DNA of 64,000 nt, from contig JASCQW010000081.1 in assembly GCA_030264375.1 (NCBI GenBank), forward strand, positions 60,928,968-60,992,967, written 5' to 3'. Below the pieces are notes generated by a model, which did no database searches, was not told where the DNA came from, and saw nothing but the letters and a program-made list of their open reading frames with translations. Below, in pieces: positions 36,922-49,710 of this stretch (its first letter is position 1; each line of letters starts with the position of its first letter). Source of the stretch: Carcharhinus longimanus. Lineage: Eukaryota. Made by a program: the position numbers and the translations under genes.

Positions 36922-38996
36922 ACAGCTGTAAGGGATGACCTCCTAGAAGAGTCTTCCAATGAAGCTATATGGGTAGAACTCAAAACCAAAAAGGAGCGAT
37001 CACATTGCTGTGAGTGTTCTATAGGTCTCCTAACAGTCCGAGGGAAATAGAAGAATACAGTAGTCAAATTTCAGAAAACTGTAAAAGTAACAGGGTAGTG
37101 AATGTGAAGGATTTCAACTTCCCCAACATCAATGAGGGTAGTCCTATTGTGAAGGTTTAGAGGGAGCGGAACTCTTGAATGCTCCCAGGAGAACTTGTTA
37201 AGCCTATACATAGAAGGCCCTCCAAGAGAGGGTATGGTCCTGGACTTAATTTTAAGTATCAAAGCAGAACAAATGGTCCAAGTATCAAGGGGAGAGCAAT
37301 TTGCAAACGGTGATCATAACTCTGTTAGATTCAAGATTGTTATGGAAAAGGACAAGGATAGGCTGGAAATCAAAGTTCTAAACTGGGGAAGGCTGGTTTT
37401 AATAAGATCAGATATGATTTGGTCAGAGTGGACTGGGAGCAGACACTTTCAGGTAAATCTGTGATGGAACACTGGTACGTATTCAAAAAAGAAATAGAGA
37501 GTCCAGGGCCAACAGATTGCCTTAAAGGAAAAGGGTGGTACCAACAAATCCAGTAAACCCTGGCTATCGAGACATGCATACAGTATTGGCTCAAAGCAGC
37601 AGATGGTCTAGAGGAGTACAGAATCTGCAAGAGAGCAGTTAAGAAGGAAATTCGGAGAGCACAAAGGGGACATGAAAGAATGCAGGTGGGTGGAATACAG
37701 GAAAATCCTAAGTTGTTTTACAAGTACATTTAAGGGTGGAAGGATTATGAGGGAAAGAGTAGGTCCATTGAGGACCATGGTGGAAATTAGTGTGTAGAGT
37801 CAGAGGGTGTAGGTAGGGTTCTAAATAAATATTTCTGTTCGTGTTCCCTGGTGAGAGACACTGTGGGTACAGAAATCAGGAAGTACTGTGATACTATTAA
37901 AGAAATTAACATAGGGCAGAGGTTCTGAGTGGTCTAGCAAGCTTAAAAGTAGCAACATCTCCAGGGCCTGATGAAATGTCTCCCAGGCTGTTGAGTGAGG
38001 CAAGGGAGGAAATAGCAAGGGCACAGGCAGAAATTTTCAATTCCTCTCTGGCCATAGGAGAGTGCCGGGGAACTGGAGGACAGCAATGTGTACCACTCTT
38101 CAAGAAGGGAGGAAGAGATAAACCAGAAAACCACAGGCTAGGCAGTCTAACCTCAGTGATAGGGAATCTATGGAAGGAATTCTGAGAAACAGAATTAATC
38201 TGCATTTTGAGAGGCAATGATTAATCAAGAATAGGCAGCATGGTTTTGTTAAGGGGAAGTTGTGTCTGACCAACTTGATTGAAATTTTTGAGGAGATGAC
38301 TAGGTGTGTGGATGAGGGCAGTGTTTTTGACATAGTCCACTTGGACATCAGCAAGGCTTTTGATAAGGTCCTATATGGAGCCAATAGTGAAGATAACTAT
38401 TGGCTCCATATAGCCCATGGGATTCGAGGAAATTTGGCAAATTGGATCCAGAATGGGCTGAATGGGAGGAAGCAAAGGGTGATGGTTGAGGGTTTTTTTC
38501 AGACTGGAAGACTGTGTCCGGTGGGATCCTGCAGGGATCTATGTCGGGGCTGTTGCTATTTGTGATGTACATTAATGATTTTGACTTGATTGTAGAAGGG
38601 TTGATCAATAAGTTTGCAGATAATAGGAAAATTGGCGGGGTGGCAAATAGTGAGGAAGATAGCCTTACATTACAGGAGGATATGGATGCGCTGGTCAGAT
38701 GGGCTTATTGGTGGCAAATGTGGTGTATCACAAGTGTGAAGTGATGCACTTGGGCAGGATGAATAAGGCAGGACCCTGGGAAACACCGAGGATCAGAGCG
38801 ACCTTGGTATGCATGCGCACTTTCCCCTTAAGGTAGCAGGGCAGGTGGATAAAGTGGTCAAATAGGCATATGGTGTATTTGCCTTTTATTAGCTGAGGCA
38901 TAGAGTTTAAGAGCAGCGATGTTATTTATGTTTGAACTATGTAAAATGTTGATCAGGTCAGTGCTAGAATATTGTGTGCAATTCTGGAATCCATAT
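36922..38996 (+). mobile_element. Degenerate CR1 LINE ORF2 (endonuclease to RT)
   Basis: EAIWVELK, VLDLIL…GDHNSVRF, SPGPDEMSPRLL, CLTNLIEIFEE…DISKAFDKV, QGSMSGLLLFVMYINDFD…KFADNRKIGG. Confidence 0.92.
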
Positions 38997-39089
38997 CGAC
39001 TCTGTGGCTGCTGGTACTGATAGCACCATATCCCATCATGAGCTATTTGCAGAGATAGCAGCAATGTATCAATTAACATCGAGCCTTTA

Positions 39090-39610
39090 TTGTCCATGGG
39101 TATTTCACAGATGCATTAGAACACAAAATTAGACATTGAACTGCGTATGAGGAGATTAGGGCTGATGGCCAAAGCTTGAACAAACAGGTACGCTTTAAGT
39201 AGCATGTATCAGGAAGAAAGAGAGGTTGAGAATTGGAGAGGTATAAGGAGGGAATTCCAGTGCTTGAGATCCAGCAGTTGAAGGCAGTGATGGAGTATTT
39301 TAAATCGACGATGTTAAGGAAACCAATATTTGAGGAGGACAGAAATCTCACAGGGTGGTAGGGGTGGAGAACATTACACAATGGGGAGGACTGAGGTTAT
39401 GGAGGAATTTAACAAGGATCCAGTTTTTAAAGTTACGATGTTGCTCGACTGAGAGTGTCGGTTGATGAGCGCTGGGAGCGGGATGATAGATGAGAAGACT
39501 TTGTGAATCAAGACGCACACAGCAGAGTTTTGAATGAACTCAGTTTGTGAAGGATAGAATGTGTTTTGGAATAGTCTAGTCTAGAGGTAACCAAGGTATG
39601 TATGAGATGA
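39090..39610 (-). mobile_element. L2 LINE 3' portion
   Basis: Minus strand gives remnants VTSRLDYS, QNSAVCVL and WNSLL, followed by an L2-type UTR. Confidence 0.75.
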
Positions 39611-40369
39611 GCAGTAAAGGAAAACAATTCATCCTAAAAAAAAAGCTCACTCAGCCTCAGTTAATGGAATTTCCATTGTGTGAGTGTCAGTGTTGAAATA
39701 AAGTTTATCCCCGTGGATTTGAATTTACCCTCTGATTCTCAGTCTATCTTAGCATCACAAATCTTTGCAATTCTTGAGAGACTTATAGGATATCTCTGTG
39801 TGGCTCTTTGAAATTAGGTTTTCATGCTCACACTTGGGTTACAGAAATTTGCTGTTGGTGATTTCAACAGCAAATAACTTTAAATGGATTGTAAAAAAGC
39901 ATTTATGCACCAGCATGGCCAATGCTTAAAATATATACCTTACTTTCCTGTACACGTGTGAAGAATGTTCATTACAACTTAATGATATACACTGAGAATT
40001 TAATTCCTCAAACAAAGCTCATTGGAATGATTTTTGAAAATGTTTATTTTTGCATACTTATTTTTAAATTGAACAAAAAGTTGTAAGGTGTTGAATTCGG
40101 TTTACTTGCATCAGATTGGGAAACTGCACAATGTGCCATGAGGCATGTTCTTCGGCCAAAGTCCCAGGGTTTTATTTCCATGCTAGCATTAACAGCCCTT
40201 TAACCGTCAGTAGCTTGGCCTGTTCAGGTAGTGAAATAGTTTCCTTATAACCAATGATGGAGGAAGCTCTGAGATGTTTGGGGAAACAAAAGTCAACAGC
40301 AGCTTTACAGTTATGAGCAAGCTTCTGCTTTGGTTTTAAAAAAAGAATTACTGTCAGAACTAGCAGAGT

Positions 40370-40890
40370 GAGTTACATTTTGTGCTGCAGGCTATGCCCT
40401 GACCACACTTTGGTCCATATCCTCATCGCCCTTGTTGTCCAGAAGCTCTACTGGCTTCCTGTAGCCCAGACAATTGATTTTCAGAATGGAAAGGCATTCA
40501 TTTTTATAGCGCCCTTTGTGCTGTCTATGTTCCAGAGTGCCCTGTGGGCATTTGAGCTCTTTTGAAATATCACTGTTGTAATGTACAAAACATGATAGTG
40601 TTGATGGTCTCGATTTCATTCCATAGCATAATCCTCTTTCCAACTTGTTGTCTTTTGAATGCAAATTCCTCTCTGCACCAACCCCTCTTCAGACAGTTCC
40701 ACTACTCATGACTGTCTGAGCCTCTGGAACACTCTCTTTCGTGACCTCTACCTTGTTATCCATTCAAAAATTGTCTTCAGAACTTTGACTTTAATTTTGT
40801 TTGTCTTGGCTCCATGCCCACTTGCCCTGTAAAACACTCCTGTAATGCTTCTCGAATGCATACTGAGTACCATAGAAATATCACTTGCAT
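40370..40890 (+). mobile_element. Old L2 fragment interrupted by an antisense L2-type SINE tail (40485-40590)
   Basis: QKLYWLPVAQTIDFQ corresponds to the L2 'LHWLPV..RI.FK' motif. Confidence 0.6.
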
Positions 40891-41486
40891 CAGAGGTTTG
40901 GATGTGGAATTAGATCGGTTCTTAATGCAGGATATAAAATAGGCCAGAAAATGTAAAGTTTATCCAAAGTTATTTCTGTTTGTAAGTGATCCTTTCCCAT
41001 TTGTTCATGGATTTTCATCTAAGTAACTTGTACAAAGTGACATTTCAGTAATTTCTGTTACATTCTGTTCTAATTTTAAGCATTCTGGTTTCCTAACAAT
41101 GTAACCTTATATTTCTGTTGTGTGTTCAAAATTGGAAGCCTCCCAAGATGCTTTCAAAGGGAGGAGTGAAACCAGACAAGGGTTCAAACGCTGTGCAATG
41201 TAGTTAGAGGTTAGGCACATGACCCAAACTTCCTAGAAAAGATTTTTTCTGCAAGTTTTCCAATCTACAGTAGACCATAGAGAGGAATAGAACCTGAATG
41301 GGGTTGGGGAAATGGAATGAGGCAAGACCATACTGCAGACCAGGTTTTCAATTGCATTCTTTGGGGTGAAGGAGCTTGTGTTGTTCACCAAGAACAGTGA
41401 TAGACAAGTGGATTAACATGAATGACAGGGTGTTGCATTTTAACATAGCATTTATGGAAAATTGGGGAATGGGAATTGAGCTAATT

Positions 41487-42335
41487 GTAGAATCCCTACA
41501 GTATAGAAAGACGCCAGTGGGCGGCATGGTGGCACAGTGGTTAGCATTGCTGCCTCACAGCGCCAGGGACCTGGGTTCAATTCCAGCTTGGAATACTGTC
41601 TGTGTGGTGTTTGCACGTTCTCCCCATATCTGTGTGGGTTTCCTCCTCTGGGTGCCCTGGTTTTCTCCCACACTCCAAAGATGTGCAGGTTAGGTGATGC
41701 TAAAAGATCATGCTAAATTGCCCCATAGTGTCAGGAGGACTAGCTAGGGTAAATGCATGGGGTTATTGCTCGGGTCTGGGTGGGATCATGGTCAGTGCAG
41801 GCTCGCTGGGCCAAATGGCTTCCTTCTGCACTGTAGGATTCTATGATCGATTCTGTATTGACCACAATCCCACCAGGCCCTATTCCTATAACCTGCACTT
41901 TTACCCTGCTAATTCATCTGACATTGGGGTCAATTTAGCTTGGCCAATCAACATGACCCACACATCTTTGGACTGTGGGAGGAAATCGGAGCACCCGGAG
42001 GAAACCCACGCAGACACGGGGAGAATGTACAAACACCACACAGACAGTGACTCGAGGCTGGNNNNNNNNNNNNNNNNNNNNNNNNNNNNNNNNNNNNNNN
42101 NNNNNNNNNNNNNNNNNNNNNNNNNNNNNNNNNNNNNNNNNNNNNNNNNNNNNNNNNNNNNCAACATGACCCACACATCTTTGGACTGTGGGAGGAAATT
42201 GGAGCACCCGGAGGAAACCCACGCAGACACGGGGAGAATGTACAAACACCACACAGACAGTGACTCGAGGCTGGAATTGAACCTGGGTCCCTGGCGCTGA
42301 GGCAGCAGTGCTAACCACACTGCCACTGTGCTGCC
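41487..42335 (-). mobile_element. HE1-type SINE, interrupted by a second HE1 and a gap
   Basis: Tail at 41487-41516 continues at ~41850. Head ends at gtgctaaccacactgccactgtgctgccc. Confidence 0.85.
41518..41848 (+). mobile_element. HE1-type SINE, full length, nested
   Basis: gggcggcatggtggcacagtggttagc…tgcactgtaggattctatga. Confidence 0.9.
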
Positions 42336-42599
42336 CGAGCTAAAATGAACATTGTTGAAATCACCTAGAGGTGCTGAGATGAAGCCTAACTTTTTCAGTA
42401 ATAGCTAACACTGTTGCAGTGTTGGAAGTGAAATTTGGCTGAGAGGCAGGATATCAAACTATCACATTGCTTAGTTCAACCCAAGTGACAAGGACATTGC
42501 ACTTAGGGCAGTGGATGATCATTTGAAGGAATTTTTTTGATCCATTTGTGATTGCGTGTTAGATGGGTGAATTGAGATTACTGTGGGTGTGTGTCGGGG

Positions 42600-42990
42600 G
42601 GGTAGATGCTAGCTGAAGCTATTTTCACGGTGCGGATGTAAACAGCCCGTACTTGCAGACAGTGTCACCTAAGGGGTAGCATGAAGATGAAGATGTGGAG
42701 TATGCTGGGGATTGACCTTTGGACAACTGTGGATGTGACTGTTTACATTTCGAGAGTGAGGCCATTGGTGGCTGCTTCGGCTGAGCTAGATAGCATTGTA
42801 AAGGTGGCCAAACAGAATGGTGTGGTCAGCCATTTATAAACACTGAAGAAGTGAAGAAAAGGAAGAAGAAAACATTCTGGTCAGACAGGGTGTCACCTGC
42901 ATCTTCAGCCAGTAGAGTCTTGATGCTGTGAGGTGGGCAGAAATTGGATTGCTGAGATTTGGACAGGAATGTTGGGAGAAAAGTTGGTGG
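42600..42990 (-). mobile_element. Old L2 RT fragment
   Basis: Minus strand: QSNFCPPHSIKT (QSGFR..HSTET motif), DHTIL, FIFMLPLGD. Confidence 0.65.
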
Positions 42991-45554
42991 CAACCCTCCT
43001 CCCCCTCTCCCTGAGGCCTTCCTTTCTCCCCACATTCCTTCTCTTCCATGGTGCTCCTATGTCTCCTTCCCTGCAACTTTAGAACTGTAATTTATAAATG
43101 AAAGCTGCAAATGTTTAAGTGCCTCATTGCTCTCCTCTCCTTTGTCCCCCTCTGACCTGCCTTCTCCTCCTTCCCCTCCCACCCCCACTTACCCTCATGT
43201 AATTTTAGAACTGTAACATATAAATTAAAGCTCAATGTTTAATGCCTCTCATGATTCCACATTTGTAAATAGAATATATACTGTTGGAGCATTTTTTTTA
43301 ACAAAACATGCAGCAGTTTCAGATTTGGAGATGTAGCTTGACAGCGGTTGGAATACCTTCTGAAGCTTCCCACCTATATGGGTGAGTGTGCAGTCTCTGG
43401 AATTGTAACTGAAATGTAACAGTTTACAATTCAGAAAAGCATTCTGCACATTACTCATTTCTAAGGCGAGGGGATCCAAAATGTTTGCTTTGCTGCTGGA
43501 ATCAAAGCAGAATCTATCTAGATTCTATGCTTTTGAATTCTTTGCCAGGTTTGGTCCTGTGCCTGCATGAACTAATCTGCCTCATCCTTGGACACGTTTT
43601 CTGTCAGCCTCATCGATGCACTGTCTCTGCGCTTGCTTGTTAAATGATAATTGCAGCATTTAGTTCCTGTTTCACACCAAGGCCTCAAACACTGACCTTT
43701 TTTAACCCGCTGTTTTAAGTTGCTGCTTTAATTTAGGGTGCAGTTGTGTTGCCCGTGAAAGCCCTCAATCCTTTCACTCAGAGCTAATGGCAGGGTGTTT
43801 ACTTAGTGAGCCTCCTGGGTGCCTCAGCACCGTCATGCAATGAGGAATGAAAATAAAAGGGGTGCATTTGACTCTTCTGCGCATCCATTAAAGGTTGACT
43901 AAATCTGCACTTGTGTGATTGCCTCATGAATTTGCACTTGGCTGCAATGCATCATCATAAGGGTGTATTAGTTGGTCCACCAGGTGAAAAGAAGCTCGAT
44001 ACTGCCTCTCCGTCTTATCAAGTGTGAAGAGTATTTTCTTTATTGGTGAGATGTGGAGCATCATCAGTTCGAGCCTGCGATTTGGTTTAGGGTTGGTGCA
44101 GGAGGCTTAACTGGAGGAAGGTGGAAAAACAGCTAAATAAATAAATGAAGGCATTCCTTGGAAGAGATTACACTTTTGGAGGATTTGTGTACAGATGGCT
44201 TGGCCTCTGGCTCTGACAGCATAAAAGACCTATTCAGTTTGCTCATGATTAGGATTATTTTTTTTTAAATGTTTTTGTTGGGTTACTGTGGTAGTTGAAG
44301 AATTCTGAGTTGGCTAGCATATGGCAGCAGCAACCCTCTGTACTGCTGGCTCTTTTGTTTATCTTGTTATTGTCGCAGTGCTTAATAACAGTTGTAGGCC
44401 ATAGTTTGGGGCAAAAGGGTTAGTCCACCCCAGGGAGGTGAAGGAGCAGCAGAATTGTGGATTATGGAAATATGAATTGATTGAATAAGAATTGCCGCTG
44501 CTGTAGAATGGGACTCAAAGGAAGACAGACTGGGAGCTGGCAGCAACACTGGAATATGATGTGAAAATGACTGGTATAATACTGTGAAGTCTTGGACATT
44601 CACAGCTGCTGTCATTGGGAGCAAAAGCATATATTTAGCTCATCAGAAAAAAAAAGGCTTAAAGGGACAAATAGAGTAGACAGATGGAAGTGAATCTATT
44701 CCCTTTAGTCTTTTTTGCAGCTACTATAGTATGTACATGTTTGATTTTTTTTTGCTGTGCTGGTTCAGATGTTCCTTGCACTTCTGATACCTTAATTATT
44801 AAAACCTAATCTAACTTATACAAGTGTAGAATTCAACATCGTAAACCGTTTTATTTGCCTGAACNNNNNNNNNNNNNNNNNNNNNNNNNNNNNNNNNNNN
44901 NNNNNNNNNNNNNNNNNNNNNNNNNNNNNNNNNNNNNNNNNNNNNNNNNNNNNNNNNNNNNNNNCCGATTTATTTGCCTGAACAATGTCTGTATTTGGAC
45001 ATCTGTGTCTCTATGTTCTATCAAATTTTAATTCAAACTGAGAGTTTTATTTACGTCTTTTGTAATGTTGATGGAGGTATGTTCAGTCTGTAATATGGTT
45101 TTGCACATTAATGAAAACAATTTAGTCGATCGATTCTGCTTCAAGCTTTTCAGTTCACTTGGGCATCTAAACGCAATTTCTGGAGCACTAGTCAGTTTCA
45201 CTGAGTGCTGAATGAATTTAGTCTAACTGCTCGCTAGCATTGGATCTGCCTTCATGTGTAAAGCTCCCAATACTGCCTTTGGGGCGAATTGTATTAGAGA
45301 GCAAAATATGAATCATAAAAGAGTGTTCTAGGTTGGACTGAAACAGGCCTTATTACAGTATGGTACACTCAGTAACCATAGGATTGATTTCCGTGTTATT
45401 AGATGTCTTTCTAATGCTTTCTCATTTATATGAATGATTAGAAGTTTATTGTGAATAACTGTCTTCAATTCAAGTCTATTTCAAATTGCAAATGTAAATT
45501 TAATTGAGACTGTTTTTGACATTTTTGTGGTTCCTTTTCTCATCAAAGTATAAT

Positions 45555-45985
45555 CGATGGTGAAGGCAGGCAGAGACAAATCCACTGGCCCTTTCTGCTT
45601 GCCCCACACAAATGCAATACCTTTGCATTACACTGTAAACACTCTCCATCTCACCTGAATATTATGTAATCACCTGGAAAAGATGGGGAAAATAAAGAGA
45701 AAAATTCCTGGCTGATTGAGAGGGAAGAAGAATTGTCAAGTCCCTTTAGCTGACAGAAACTAGTCTGGCTGACCAGCCTAATCCTAATTGACGTTACACA
45801 GTAGCTACCTTTTATAAGAGGTGATCTCTGCCCCAGCCAGAAATGAGTTGGCTTTCGTCTGAGAAATTTAAGGGATTGGTGCCCATCACATGAGTCAGAA
45901 GCCTACGAGGGAAATGAAGCATCTCCCAACATTAACTTCATTCTGACCTTGCATAACTTGACCTTGTGACCTCTGGTTCTTTCTG
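45555..45985 (-). mobile_element. Old CR1 3' end, same family as 54500-54930
   Basis: Shares cctttt(a/g)taagaggtgat…ccagaaatg and atgagtcag with 54717-54830. Confidence 0.6.
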
Positions 45986-46569
45986 GCCAAACCTGGGCAT
46001 TCCTCCTGTGGCCCTCCGCTGCATAATTTCCAAAGAGTTAACATCAGACCCTGACTGAGGAGGCCAAAACTGAATGTGTTTTCTCACCAAGGCCATGCAC
46101 ACAAACAAAATGATATACTTTATTTTCTAAGGAATTGTCCTATCAGTATGCTCCAACATGCTAAATCTCTCCAGTTATCTCTTCCCTATATTGGTCATGT
46201 ATGTTCCTATGCATTCAGGCCTGCCTTTCTCCACAAACTAATGTTTAGCATTTGCTCTGCCTTCAAGCATAATATGGCACCTTAAGTTAAACTATTGTTT
46301 TGTGTGTTTAAACAGTTCCCAGTCAAAGGCCCCAATGCCTTAGCGCACATCAATCTGCCCGTAATAGTTGATCACCGTTTACAGTCTCAAATCTCTTGTA
46401 TAGCATGGAATAATTTGTAAATTATTGCACAAACAATTACATCTTAATAATTTAACTAACAATAATAAAGAGCAGTGGCCTTGACATTCGGACACTCCGC
46501 TATCAGTGACCAGCCTGAGGAGAGATAAATCCAATAATAATTACTTATCACTCAGCATTGATCAGTAAC

Positions 46570-47850
46570 CATAGTCATAGAGAGATACAGCATTGAAACA
46601 GGCCCTTCGGCCCAACTTGTCCATGCCACCCAGGTTTCCTGCACCAAACTAGTCCCATTTGCCTGTGTTTGGCCTATGCCCTGCTAAACCTTTCCCACCC
46701 ATCTGCCTGTCCAAATGTCTTTTCGTGTTGTAATTGTATCCACTTCTACCACAGCCTCTGGTAACTCATACCTTTTATAAGCACCATCCTCTGTGGAAAA
46801 AGCTGCACTTCAGGTTAAACCTATGCCCTCTAGTTTTGGACTACACTACCCTGGGGAAAAGACATTGGCCATTCACCTTATCTATCGTCCTCATGATTTT
46901 TTTTCACCAGCTTCCAAAGTTACCCATCATCCTCCTGCGTTCCAGGGGATAAAATGTCCCAGCCTCTTGTTATAATTCAAACTTTCCAGTCCCGTTAACA
47001 TGCTTGTAAATCTTTTTTGCAACCTTTCAAGTTTAATGGCGCCCTTCCATTAGGACCACCAGAATTATACACAGTATCTCAAATGTGGCCATACAAATAT
47101 TTTGTACAATTGTAACATAAGGTCCTGTACTCAGTGCTCTGATCGATGAAGGCAAGTGTGCCAAGTGTCTCCTTCACTCTGTAAACCTGTGTTTTCACTT
47201 TCAAGGAACTAAGTACCTGCAGTCCTCGGTCTTTCTGATCAACAACACTCCCCAGGGTCCCACCATTAACTGTGCAAGTCCTGCCCTACTTTGTCTTATC
47301 AAAATGCAGCACCTCTTATTTAGCTGAATCAAATTCCATCGACCATTTCTCGGCCCACTGGCCCAGTTGATTGAGACCCCGTTGTAGTCTCATAACCTTC
47401 TTTAATGTCCACTACACTAATTTTGCTGTCACCTGCAAACTTATTAACCATATCTCCTATATTCTCATCCAAAACATTTAAATAAATGAGAAACAACAGT
47501 GGACCCAACACTGATCCTTGCAGCACACTTCTGGTCACAGGCCCCCAGTCTGAAAATCAACCCTCTACCATGACCCTCTGTCTCCTACCAATTTTATATC
47601 CAATTGGCTAGTTCTCCCTCAATTCCATGTGATCTAACCTTACTGACCAGTCTACAGTAAATACAGACATGAAATACTTGTGTAGGATCTTGCCCATCTC
47701 TTGTTGGTCTTTAAGGGGAGTATTCTCTCCCTAGGTACTCTTTTGCCCTTAATATATTTCTGGAATCTGTTTGGATTCTCCTCTGCCTTATCTGTCAAAG
47801 CCCTCATGTCCCCTTTTTGCCCTCCTGATATCCTTTTTAAGTGTACTACC
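46570..47850 (-). mobile_element. CR1 LINE (RT to 3' end, plus an upstream piece)
   Basis: QGSVLGPLLFLIYLNVLDEN…KFAGDSK. Tail catagtcatagag…ggcccttcggccc. Confidence 0.9.
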
Positions 47851-48059
47851 AGAAGCTTTGACCTTGAAGGGAAGTCTTTTGTGTGGTACCATCTCCTCTT
47901 GCTACCATAGGGATGTGTGTGTTAATTAGTTAACCTAAGTTAACTGGTGGTTAGTCTGGCAGTTGAATCAAACCTGGCCTTCCCTGTTCTTTTGTGCTAA
48001 ATATCTTTGTATCTCACAGTATATTTGCACAAGGGCACAGAAAACATGGATAAATCAAT

Positions 48060-48402
48060 GAGAGCGGCACAGTGGTTAGCACTGCTGCGTCACAGTAGCA
48101 GGGATTCGGGTTTGATTTCAGCCTGGGGTGACTGTATGGAGTTTGCACGTTCTCCCCATGTCGGTGTGGGTTTCCTCCATTGCTCTGGTTTCCTCCCACA
48201 CTCCAAATGTGTGCAGATTAGCTGGATTGGCCATGCTAAATTGCCCCTTAGTGTCCCAAGATGTGTTGGTTAGATGGATTAGTCATGGTGAATGTGCGGG
48301 CTTATGGGAAAGGGACAGGGGAGAAGGCCTGGGGAAGACACTCAGTCAGTGTAGTCTTGATGAGCTGAATGGCCACCTTCTGCATTGTAGGGACTCTGAT
48401 AT
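48060..48402 (+). mobile_element. HE1-type SINE
   Basis: gcacagtggttagcactgctg head, V-domain and CR1-type tail. Confidence 0.88.
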
Positions 48403-49297
48403 AGTTCATGAAGCCTGATACTTAGACAGATCATTAATATTCTATAGGTTCCACCCAACGACGTAATCCCCTCAGAGAAAGTTTTGTATTAGTGCTCCCA
48501 AATTCCCAAAGAAGACCAAACAAAAGTTAAGGCTATCTATCCATCGTCACACACTCACCTGAAACCAGCTGCTCCCAGTAGACAACCAGCTGCTCTTTGA
48601 CCCCAGCGGTTGCCGCACATCATGGAATATTTGACCATCTCAGTTTTGAGGCCATTTCCTAGACGGATATTTTTCAAGCTTTTTTGTTGGAAGGAACTAA
48701 TAAACCCAAAACTTTTTTTCCTGAGGCTTTAGGCCAGGTCTGACCCACTGAGGCATGAATTCACATTGTCCCAGATTTTCTTTCGGTGCATTTTCAGATG
48801 TCTCGGATTATAGTTTACTGGCATCTGTTCAAGATTTTTCTGTCTTTAAAGAAAAAACTGTCAGCAGGAGATGAATGAGAGCTTTTGCCAGTTATACCAC
48901 CTGTAGCATCTAACCAGCCACCACTGCATGCTTGTAAATTGCTTGGAAACTGTTGTTGGATCCTCAGAGGACCTTAATTCACAGTATGCACCATTAGACA
49001 CTGCGAGAGATGAAAATTGCTGTAATCATAAGTAACGTTGGTGCATGCTAATAAAACTGTTACTTTCTGTCGACTTGGTTAGGAATTATTAATATCCCAC
49101 AAGGAATTCACAGCATTAAAGAATGTTCAGTTGCAATTGCTTTGCAGATGCAAAGGCTTCTGTATGTTTGCAGCAGTGTTTGAACAGTATACTATGCACT
49201 GTTACTGTAAATGGAAGAAAATGCTAACAAGTGTGTTGCCTTAAATTTTCAAGCAACGTTATGTATCAAAAGTAAATTGGAGTTGGCAGAAGTTTTA

Positions 49298-49710
49298 GGT
49301 TGAGGAGAGGCTGAATAAACTAGGATTGTTTTCACTGGGAAGACGGAGACTGAGGGGAGACCTGATAGAGGTCTACAAAATTATGAAGGGCATAAACAGG
49401 TTGGATAGTCAGAGGCTTTTTCCTAGGGTGGAAGTGTCAATTTCAAGAGGGCACAGGTTTAAGGTGAAAGGGAGATGTGCGGGGGAGGTTTTTCACACAG
49501 TGGCGCTGCCAGNNNNNNNNNNNNNNNNNNNNNNNNNNNNNNNNNNNNNNNNNNNNNNNNNNNNNNNNNNNNNNNGGGGGCGCGTGTAGAATAGAGGGAT
49601 GAGGACTGAGTAAGGGCTGAAGATTTATTTTAGCACAGTTAGGGAATCATAATTGGGCGAACTCTCTCTCTTGGAGGGCTGAAGATCTGTTCATGTACTG
49701 TGCTTTGTTT
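49298..49710 (+). mobile_element. CR1 3' end
   Basis: LFSLGRRRLRGDLIEVYKIMKG…RGHRFKVKG. Confidence 0.88.

Noticed and set aside
41949-42274. 113-bp direct repeat either side of a 100-N gap
   Set aside because: The copies differ at one base and abut the gap, so they are overlapping contig ends (probably two haplotypes) rather than a real duplication.
44846-44983. 19-bp direct repeat across a 100-N gap
   Set aside because: Same artefact: one mismatch, directly flanking the gap.
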